Of a DNA stretch of 64,000 bases, positions 1 to 9,690 are shown in pieces; positions within the stretch are counted from its first letter, which is position 1, and each line of letters opens with the position of its first letter. The notes below the pieces were generated by a model. The model worked only from the letters and a program-made list of their open reading frames with translations. It was not told the origin of the DNA and searched no databases. Location: assembly GCF_036321535.1 (NCBI RefSeq), contig NC_087437.1, positions 76,262,001 to 76,326,000 of the forward strand, read 5' to 3'. The translations under genes and the position numbers were made by a program. This DNA comes from Camelus dromedarius (taxonomy: Eukaryota).

Positions 1-34
1 ATTTCGTCTTACTATATTTTTGTCATTCTTTTCC

Positions 35-300
35 TGGCTTTCTTGGTATGTCAGCTTCATTCTTGTAAGAAAATGACTGTAACAGTCCTAGAGATAATGT
101 ATGAATGACTCAGATTCCAGAGTAAGAGGAAACTTCTCTCTGCTCAACTAACAAATGGAAGTCTTAGACTTCACTGTGATTGAAGCCACATATAAACCAA
201 TTACTGTGGCCCGGGGTAGGGGTGGGGGTGTGTGTGGGGAGAGTAGGGGGGTGGGGAGGTTTGAGGGGGACGATGTCATGCACAAACTCTCTTGGGCTTG
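35..300. mobile_element. Old MaLR LTR fragment (MLT1J/K-like)
   Basis: The string AAGTCTTAGACTTCACTGTGATTG...CCAATTACTGTGGCCCGGGG resembles MLT1J/K. Boundaries are approximate. Confidence 0.45.
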
Positions 301-439
301 GGTTGCACAGCCTTCACTCTATACGTCTGAATGTCCTAGTCTATTAAACTAAAGAAATTAAGACGTCAGTTTTGAGGATTTGCATCCCTTTTTCAATCAC
401 TTACTGCACATATGCTTATTGAAGGTTTACATTATTCTA

Positions 440-1040
440 AATCTCACTGTTAAAGTTTTGAAATAATTTGAATATTAAATCAAACATGTTTTTGGGATAA
501 GCCCCACTTTGTCATGACATAATATCCTTTTTGTTCATGGCTAGATTCAACTTCCTAATACGATGTTAAGAACTTACGAGTCTGTAGGGATATTGGGTTA
601 GAGTTTTGTTGTACTGTTTCTTTCTGGTTTTGGTATCATAGTAATGCTGTCTTCATAAAATGAGTTGGGAAGTATCCCCTCCTCATACTTTATTTTCTTA
701 AAGCTTTTGTGTAAATTTGTATGTATTTTTAAAAATATTCAGTAGAATTCACCTGTGAAGCCATCTGGACCTGGGGTTTTCTTTGTGAGAAACTTTTAAA
801 TTATGGTATTCTAGTTATTTAATAGACATGGGATGATTCAGATTTTCTGTTTCTTATTCTGTTAAGTTTGGTCATTTCTACCTCTCAAGCAATTTGTTCA
901 TTTTCTGTAAGTTGTTGGAAGTATTGGCATAAAGTTGTTGATAATTTTTCCTTATATTTTCTTAATATCTATAAGACTTGTAGGGATATATCCTCTTTTA
1001 TTTTTGAGACTGGTAATTTGTGTTTTTTTCTCTTTTTGAA
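440..1040 (-). mobile_element. Old L1 (L1M) ORF2 fragment
   Basis: Typical antisense ORF2 text: GGTTTTGGTATCATAGTAATGCTG...TCATAAAATGAGTTGGGAAG...GTAGAATTCACCTGTGAAGCCATCTGGACCTGGGG. Confidence 0.85.
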
Positions 1041-1369
1041 AGTTTTTAAATAATTTGAATAATGGTATTCACCTCCATATTGCAGAATTACAAATGGCAA
1101 GAAGCAAACTTGGTGTAATGAGGCCTAACTACTACTGAAAGTCACACTTGTCAATTTAGTGCCAAGGAAATCTAAGGATATTGGGGTTTCTTAAAGTTGA
1201 AAGGAACTAAACGTTAGTTAATCAATGGTAGTATTATATACCTGGTCATGATAACTCAAAATACTATTCTTGGCCCATGATAGTAGTTAGGGGAATAAAT
1301 GGATAAACATCTTTATCACAGAATGAGGGGAAGCAGATTGATACTGGAGGAATATTCATAGAATTCACT

Positions 1370-1930
1370 GCAGTTTGTTCAGTCTCCACATTGTCACAGG
1401 TGTTATTTTTCTAAAACACAACCATGCTTTTGTAAATTCCCAAATTAAAAGCTTTCCATGGTTTTCCCTTATCTTTTTGATCCATTTGAATGTTACACAG
1501 TGGCCTGCAAGGCTTTTTATACAATGGTCCTATCAGTCATTCAGCCTTTTTTCTTACCTCTTTCTCCAATGCAGTGCACGCATCCTAGATACATTCCTTC
1601 TGCTAATTTTATTATTTTGCCTCAGGTCACTATATTCATGTTGTTCTCTTTTGCCTGAATTTTTCTTCAAGGCCAAACTCAAAGGTCACGTCATATGCAT
1701 TTTTTTCTTTTCTCACTCCCAGAATAATTCATAGAGTCTTTTTCTGTTCTCCCATGGCACTTGTCCGTCCCTCGAGTCTATTCTAACATGTGTCACAATC
1801 ACCTTTAGATGGTTTAGTGGCTGCTCCCTGATACATAGAAGTTCTTTGAGGGCAGTGACTGTCTTACTCATTTCATACTCCAGATTTCTAGCACAATGCT
1901 TTGAGTATTGTATGGACTCAGCAAATGTCA
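1370..1930 (+). mobile_element. L2 3' fragment
   Basis: L2 3'-end motifs AAGTTCTTTGAGGGCAGTGACTGTCTT...TTCTAGCACAATGC...ACTCAGCAAATGT. Confidence 0.7.
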
Positions 1931-2779
1931 CATAATGCAAAGACACATGATAATTCCATAGTCCAAAATCGCAGTCTCACTCATAGAATAAACTAGAATT
2001 TTTACTGGGGTCTAGGAAAACACTACCAATCTGGGTTAACTAATTTACAAACGTCTTTATTTCACAAGGGAGAAAAATCTAACTGTTAAGTTCAGCTGGG
2101 AAAAGATTATCATTTTCATGTACAAAAGAAACTGTACTCATCAAAACAATTATAAAATAATTGGAGATTGTACTTAGCTGCTGAATGAACAGCACAAGTA
2201 TACTGTTAATTTTGCAGGTCAACATTATGACCTTTGATGTGAGTTTGCAAATGGCTTAATACTGCATTGTAAATGTAATCCTAAGAATGTGCTGGAAAAT
2301 TGCTACAAGGTGTACTGGGACAGAGACATGGTAATATCATTAAAGTCTACCAATAGACTAGGCATTCTGCTGTTTGATAGGCCTATAAAATTGTAGTGCT
2401 TATTGGTATTCCCATTTTGCTAAGTGTAAATATTATAAGAAATACACAGAAGGGAAGCAAATATATAGGTTATATTAAGAAGCCAAAGAGGAAAAGTGAC
2501 ATTTTCAGCACATCGAAGGAATGAAATCATCATCTCAATGACTCTATTTAATTATCAGTTGTTTAAAAACATGTACCAAGCTAAATATTTTAAGGAACTG
2601 CATTTATCATATGTTTGCATTAGTTCCAAATGGAATATTTCTGCAAATAACAAAGTCTTTTCTCTTTAATATAGTACATTATTATAAATCACACTAGAGC
2701 ATGGTTTTCTACCTTTTATCCAGACAAGCAAAACGAAGGGACATGATATACTCCTATGAGTAACAGTAGTTCATTACAG

Positions 2780-3315
2780 TGTTATAGTGCAATCCGAGGG
2801 ATGGATACCCATCCCTAGCTCAGGGAATCACCTTAATAGAGCATGTTAGTGATGACAATCATTTATTCTCCTCCATGCAGGCTTCTTGGACAATTTGACC
2901 CTCCATAACATGGGGAGAGACAGACCTTTATATCACATTGTTCCCTCAGCAATACTGCATTAGATGCTTGAACAAGGAAATTGACCCAGAGACTGTTAAT
3001 GGCCACAGAAGCTAAATGTATAAGGTCATATAGCCACTGATGCCACCACTTAGGGGCATTCACTGTGGGCCATGCCTGTTTGTTAAACAGGCAGGGAGCA
3101 CTGAGAGGGAGAATATGGTTTTGGGAAGAGGGAGAGCTGGAGAAGTAAGTGGCCATGGGCTCTGATAGCTTTCTAGTTCTTAGTCCCTTCTAGCTATGAG
3201 ACTCAGTGATTTCTCCTGTCCTTGGATTCCGCAGTTTCCTTGGATTCAGTCTTCACTTGAGTTTTCTCCAGTGAGCCTGATTCTTATAAGCAAATGGTCC
3301 TTGAACATCAAGACA
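2780..3315 (+). mobile_element. Degenerate ERVL/MaLR-type LTR (LTR33/MLT1-like)
   Basis: Ends ...CAAATGGTCCTTGAACATCAAGACA, similar to the LTR33/MLT1 terminus, with the internal CCCTAGCTCAGGG motif. Confidence 0.4.
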
Positions 3316-3584
3316 GAGTTAAAAAATAAATTAGTAAATGTCCATGTTTCAGTGTTTTAAGATCTGAATAATCTGACAAATATGAACACAGTTTATTAAC
3401 ATACTGTCAATGTAAGATCGCCAAATATTTTCAGCACGTTTATTCCTTTTTAAAATTAAAGTATAGTTGATTTACAATGTTGTGTAGAATTTTATTCTTT
3501 ATTGAGGTTTAGGAAATAACAATTTAGAGTTTGTAATATTCCTTATTTCAGATTGTCTTTCAGAGTGGTAAATCAGTGAATTGT

Positions 3585-3643
3585 GTTTCAGAAAAATAGG
3601 CAGTGGGTCAGATTTGGCCTCTGGCTATAATTTGCTGACCCCT
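3585..3643 (+). mobile_element. MER58-like hAT-Charlie terminal fragment
   Basis: AAAAATAGGCAGTGGGTCAGATTTGGCCTCTGGCTATAATTTGCTGACCCCTG matches the MER58 end. Confidence 0.7.
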
Positions 3644-4552
3644 GAACTAAACAGTTATAAACCCCTGGGCCTAAACAACTTTAAGTTTTACTGTTAGTTT
3701 TTCCAGTGATTCTCTGAAATTTTAGAAATTCATTCAGTGTTTTTCAGACTTTATGTTTTTTAGTTTATAAAATGAGGTTGTGATAATAATTCTAATTGGC
3801 CCCACAGAATTTAATGAAGAATATTTAATTAATCAGATCAAATGAGATTAACTATAATAAAGTAGTAAATACAGTGCCTGGCTCAGAATTTATTCAAGAA
3901 ATACTGGCCCTTCAGACTTTGTTGTAAGCACTGGAGAGATACTGGGGGAAAAAACAGTCATAAGTGGTATTGTTATTTGTGGAAGGTGAATGGAACACTG
4001 GAGAGAAGATCATAAACTATACATTTCACTCACCAATCACCTATTAAATAGGAAGTTTTTAAAAATTTAAAATGCTGGTAATTTAAATTAACTGCCAGGA
4101 GCTATAAATAACCCTATAACAGGATGAGAAAAAATAAATTACACTCTAATTGCTAGTAAATAGCAATAAGACTGTTATATATAAAAGATATGTTTAATAT
4201 GTTAGGAAAATATGTTTTTCACTTCTTTGTTAACATAAAATTTAGATTCATTCTGTCTCGAATAAAGAATCTTACCACCTGTGTGCTAGATAGAGTCTAG
4301 GTGGCTTTAGTTAAATTTCTAATAAAGTCTTGACTGGTGAGATTGAAGATATAAAAGGATCAGGAAGCCTCAAGCCTCCCTCCTGTGTTTATTCCAAATA
4401 GAGGTCAAGGGTTGAATGACAGAGAGAGGTTTATGTCATTGTTCTCTTAACACCGACTGAAGTTATCTTCCAGATTACAGATGCAGTTATTGCAGATAAG
4501 ATAAAGGAGTTATCCCAGGCACTGTGGACTCCTGAGTCCAAGAAATCCTCAC

Positions 4553-4667
4553 CCTGTGTACTGCAAAGTTACGGCTTCTTGAAACATCAGTATATTTATC
4601 TGGCACGTCTGTTAAGTGGTCAAACCTCTCTCTGAATCATGGTATTCCTTCTGGTCTCTGCAGAATC
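4553..4667 (-). other. Candidate non-coding exon (115 nt; alternative acceptor at 4685 gives 133 nt)
   Basis: Minus strand reads ccctctttttctctctcag|ctcccgttttcccctcag|GATTCTG...CACAGG|gtgagg. All three frames contain stops. It lies in repeat-free DNA. Confidence 0.35.
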
Positions 4668-4949
4668 CTGAGGGGAAAACGGGAGCTGAGAGAGAAAAAG
4701 AGGGTGAATATTTCCCTTCCGCAGAAGAGGAAAATTTAGTCACAGATTTCATTTCTGATGGGAACCATAAACTGCTCTGCCCTGGTGGTGAACCTGTAGA
4801 GTTAGGCTGCTGTCTACCCTAAACCAGTCACCCGAGGCGCTGGCCTGGCAGCTGTTGGGAAATATTTTGAAAGGCCTTGATGCTTGCTTCTTTCTCTTCC
4901 ATTTGGAAACACAAATTGCTCTCAAAAGAGGTCTCTGGTGAGCTAGACT

Positions 4950-5170
4950 CTAGGCTAATGCATCTGGTCAGCAGCAGCTTAATTACCTGATGAGGTCATT
5001 TAAAATGCAGATTCCTGGGCCCCTACCCTAGACCCACTGAATTAGAAGCTCTGAGGGTGTGTGTGTGTGTGTGTGTAAAGAAAGTTTTGTAGGGAGTGGT
5101 GGTGGGGATTGTGGGCATGTCCATGAGTCTGCATTTTTTTCCTAGATTCTCCAGTGATTGTTAAGCAAAG
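4950..5170. mobile_element. MER5-family hAT-Charlie MITE with internal (TG)n
   Basis: AAATGCAGATTCCTGGGCCCCTACCCTAGACCCACTGAATTAGAA...TCTGCATTTT...CCAGTGATT. Confidence 0.75.
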
Positions 5171-5292
5171 CAAAGATAAAGGCTACTTTCCAGAAGTACT
5201 TTTCTAACTAATCCTTCCCCACAGCACTTCTCAATTCTTCTCATCATACGGGTCACTGTGTCCAAAGCTATTGCTGTGTCGAAAGACTGTGT

Positions 5293-5629
5293 CCTGGACA
5301 GAGAAACAAGCTTGTGTTTACCAGGGGGGGAAAGGGGAGTGTGGAGAGAGAAACTGGGAGTTAAGGATTTGCAGATACTAACTACTATATATAAAATAGA
5401 TAAACAGCAAGGTCTTACTGCATGGCACAGGGAACTATATTCACTATCTTGTAGTAGCCTATAATGAAAAAGAATATGAAAAAGAATATACATATATAAT
5501 ATATATATTATATATACATATATGACTGAATCACTATGCTGTACATCAGAAATTAACACATTGTAAATCAACTATACTTCAATTTTAAACAATTAAAAAT
5601 AAAATAAAAAAATAAAAAAAGAGAGAGAG
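5293..5629 (+). mobile_element. 5'-truncated artiodactyl-type L1 3' end
   Basis: AAATAGATAAACAGCAAGG...CAGGGAACTATATTCA...CATTGTAAATCAACTATACTTCAAT plus an A-rich tail. TSD AGACTGTGT at 5284-5292 and 5630-5638. Confidence 0.9.
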
Positions 5630-5770
5630 AGACTGTGTTGTGTACTTCTGGAGACACTTTCCTGGCCAGAAATTTTAACAGTGATGGAGCTAGTCTGTGG
5701 AGTTTCTTTAAATCAAGACAGGCCAGGTTGGGCAGGAGGGAGCAGATAGGGCTAGGCTATTGCAGTTCCA

Positions 5771-6299
5771 TAGCGGGGATTTTAACCTGGGATCCACAGG
5801 TCCCCCCAAGGGGTCCATGGATAGGAAAACATTTACATCTTTATTTTCACTAACCTTTAACTGAAAATTAACATTTCTTTCTACTATGAATTTGGCAACA
5901 AACCACATTAGTGTTAGCAGTACCTGTGACTCTTTGTCACCAATAGAAATCATAGATGTTACTGTGTCACATTTTAGTTGTTACGGATAGTTTGAATTAT
6001 GGTTTACACTCATCACAACTTCAAATTAGAGTTGTTTTTAGACTTGTCACTATATCTTTTTAAAAATGTTAATGAGGAAACATATTACCCTACCACACGT
6101 TAAGAATTTTTTGATACATAAAATTCAATATAGTTGCTTGCCTTTGTCATCTCATATTACACATTTACACATTAGAAACATTTCTCTGAGAAGTGTCTAT
6201 AGGCTTCAACCTTTCTCAGAATAATTTTCTAAATATATGCTATGTGAGTTCATATATGGTTGCCAGAGGAGTCTATGAAACTTAAGAAAAGAATCCCTG
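5771..6299. mobile_element. hAT-Charlie fossil (Charlie4-like)
   Basis: Start GGGGATTTTAACCTGGGATCCAC...GGGTCCATGGATAGG and end AAGAATCCCTG resemble Charlie4a termini. Confidence 0.65.
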
Positions 6300-6714
6300 A
6301 TCTAAAGGAACCCCAAACCACCACGTGGCTTTGAAACAATGAGAATGAACATTTTGAGATTGTTGTTGGCTTAACCTTGCGTTAACAGTGGTAAAGCGCT
6401 GGAGATTTCCCAAGTAGTACCCATACCTCTCAAGAAAGTGTTCTTATCCTTGCCCGTTTAACCAGCTTCATAACTAACCCAGTCAGTCAGTGGAATCTAA
6501 CCCCTGTGATCCTAACCTACGATCTTGATACAAGGTGCCGCATCGTCCTACTGTTGTCTGGCTGGCAGTTCTTTGGTTCCTTATTTGTATCATAGTCATT
6601 AATTCCACAGATGCTCTTTGGCCTCTTCTGTATATGAAGCATTCTGCTGCTTGTGGAAGGAATAGACAGTGCTATGAGGCATGTCTCCTACCCTCCAGCA
6701 CAAGCTCTGGCACT

Positions 6715-6900
6715 TGAGGCTATATAATTAGGGGTTAAGTATGTGAGCACGAATGCCTGGGTTCAAATCTTTTCCGTCTTTTACTAGCTATGTGACCTTG
6801 GGCAAATATTCTGTGTGCCTGTTTTTTTCATCTGTAAAGTGAAGGTAACGAGTGGGTGCATTTGGAAGAATACTCGGTAGTAAGCATGCAAATGTTAGTT
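6715..6900 (+). mobile_element. MIR SINE
   Basis: GCCTGGGTTCAAATC...TTACTAGCTATGTGACCTTGGGCAA...TCATCTGTAAA core. Confidence 0.85.
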
Positions 6901-7075
6901 GTCATTCAATATACAGAATTCTGGGCCACAGACCAAATGCCTGATCAGAATCTCTGGGGGCTTGGCCACGTGCAATTTGTCAAGCTCCACAGGTGATTCT
7001 GATACACTTTCAAGCAGTGTTTCTGACATGTTTTTCATTATTGCCCATCTAAGAAGCCATTTTAGACATTTTTTT

Positions 7076-7437
7076 CTTTGCAAATGTAATTGAGTTTAGG
7101 ATCTTGAAATGAGTTCATCCTGGATTAGGGTGGGCCTGAAGACAAGGATCCTTAAAAGAAAAAGAGAGGACACCCAGAGAAGGCCATGTAAAGATGGAGG
7201 TAGAGATTGGAAAGGGACATGTATTCAAGTCAAGGAACACGAGGGATTGCTAGCAGTGCCAGAAGCCAGAAGCAGCAATGAAGGATACTTCAGAAAACTC
7301 GTAGGAGGGAACAGAGCCCTGCTGAAACCTTGATTTGAGACTCCTAGCCTCCAGAAGGGTAAGAGAACATATTTCTGTTGTTTTCAGCACTCTAGTTTGT
7401 AGCAGTTTTTTACGGGCAGCCCTAGGAAACTAACACA
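7076..7437 (+). mobile_element. MaLR LTR (MLT1B/C-like), 5'-truncated
   Basis: GATCTTGAAATGAG...CCTGGATTAGGGTGGGCC...CCTAGCCTCCAGAA...GCAGCCCTAGGAAACTAACACA. Confidence 0.85.
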
Positions 7438-7935
7438 GGGGACAATGAAGAAACCAATCTGATAGAGTAAAGGGATTGTAATAAGACTGGAAAATAAAAT
7501 TGGAAATATAGGGTGGGTCCAAACAGGAAGGCCATTGTTTGCACAGTATACTGCAATGAGAACAATTAGAGGTCTGGGGATAGAGAGTGTAACCTGATGA
7601 AACCAGTGTTACTGGAGAATTAGTCTAGTAATTAATGCAGTTTAACCCATAGGGAGTAAATAGAGTTAGAGAAAACACTTAATGATTATAACAAAATTAA
7701 GTAAGGAACTAATAAAGATCTGGATGAGTAAGATGGCTTCAGAAAGAAAAATAAAGAAATGGGCTCATGCAGTAAAATTCACAGGAAAAACCGGGAATGC
7801 CTTAATACCTGCTCTGTGTGACCATGAAGTAGAGGAATATTCCAATAATGACTTTAAGATTTGAGTTTGACTAAAGGATGTGTAGTCCATCTAGAATCAA
7901 GTGATACAGTTTGACTTTTACTAGTAGAATATAGT

Positions 7936-9690
7936 TTATTTTTTAATTTAACAACTTCATTGGGGTATCTTTTACATATAAAATTTACCTAATTCAGGTA
8001 TACAATTCAATGATGTTTAGTAACTTTACTAAAGGGTACAACCATCACCATAAAAAAAATTTTAGAACGTTTTCATCCCCCTAATAAGATCCCTCATGCT
8101 TATTTACAGTTAATCCTAGCTAGTACCCCTAGCCCCAGGAGCCAGTCTTTTACTTTCTTTGTCTATACATTTGCCCTTTTTTTGGAAATTTTATAAAAAT
8201 GGAATCTTACAATATGTGGTCTTTGTGTCTGGCTTCACTTCATGTGGTATTTCTGAAGTTCATCAATTACATGGCTCCTTTTTATTGTTGAATAGCATTC
8301 CATTGTATAGATAGACCACATTTTGTGTATTGATTCACCAGTTGATGAGCTGTTTCCAGTATGTGTTCATATGAACATTTGGTGCAAGTCTTTGTGTGGA
8401 CATGTGTTCATTTCTCTTGAGTGGACACCTCGGAGTAGACTTGTTGGATTGTATGGGAATTTTATGTTCAACTTTTTAAGAAACTGCCAAATTGTTTTCC
8501 AAAGTGGCTGTACAATTGACATTCTTATCAGCAATGGATAAGTGTTCTCATTTCTCCAAATCCTGGCCAACATTTGTTATTGTCTGTCTTCAAGCAATTC
8601 TAGTGGGTGTAAAATGATATCTCACTGGGGTTTTAATTTACATTTGCCTAATGAATAATGATGTTGAGCATCTTTTCATTTGCCTGTTACCTGTCCACAT
8701 ACCTTCTTTGGTGAACTCTCTATTCATGTCTCTGCCCATTTGTTGATTGAGCTTTTGGTCTTCTTATTACTGAGTTGTAAGGGCTCTCTGTATACCCTGG
8801 ATACAAATCTTTAATGTGATATAAAGTTTGCAGATATTTTCTCCTAGTCTGTTACTTGTGTTTTTATTTTCTTAATGATGTACTTTGAAGTAAAAATGTT
8901 TTGAGTTTTGGTATCTTTTTTGTTCTTGTATGCACTATGCTTTTAGTGTCATATCTAAGAAAGTTTACCTAATCTATAATAGTGAAGATTTTCTCCTATA
9001 TTTTCTTCTTCCAAAAGCTGTGTTGTTTCAGCTCTTACATTTAAGTTTGTGGATCCATTTTTAGTTAATTTTGGTGTATGGTGTGATATGAGGATCTAAG
9101 GTAATTTTTTGCATGTTGATACTCATTTGTCTTAGCACTACTTGTTGAGCAGAATCCTTTCCCCAGTGAATTGCCTTGGTACTTTTGTCAAAACTCAATT
9201 GACTACAAATATAAAGATTTATTTCTGGACTCAATTCTGTTCCACTGATCTGTCTATATTTATACTAGTACCACACTGTCTCGATAACTGTAGCTTTATG
9301 GTAAGTTTTTAAATTGGGAAGTGAAAGTCCTACAGCTTATTCTTTCCCCAAATTGTTTTGGCTATTCTTGATGTTTTATGTTTTCATTTAAATTTCTGGA
9401 TCTGCTTGTCAATTTCTGCAAAAGAAATCTGCTGGAACTTTGATAAGAATTGGATTGAATGTATAGCTCAATTTGGGGAGACTAATCTTCTTAGCAATAT
9501 TGAGTCTTTCCATGAATATGGAATGTCTCTCCATTTATTTAGATCTTCTTTAGCAAAGTTTAAAAATTTTTAGTATACGAGCCTTGCATTTCTTTTGTTA
9601 AACTTATTCTAAGTATTTTTTCCTTGTGATGGTATTTTGAATAGGATTGCATTCTTAATTTCATTAATAAGTTGTTTATTTCCCATTTGT
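7936..9690 (-). mobile_element. L1MB-type fragment (3' UTR plus ORF2 C-terminus)
   Basis: Antisense L1 text. ORF 8367-8573(-) IVQPLWKTIWQFLKKLNIKFPYNP matches the L1 ORF2p C-terminal region. Confidence 0.9.

Noticed and set aside
4553..4590. ATG frame MFQEAVTLQYT on the minus strand, superficially like a KRAB-A start
   Set aside because: It lacks the VTF(E/K)DVAV signature, and no zinc-finger exon is visible.
4664..4703. Plus-strand 40-nt exon-like unit (ctctgcag|...AGG|GTGAAT)
   Set aside because: It overlaps the minus-strand candidate and has no partner exons. It shows how easily splice-like signals arise by chance.
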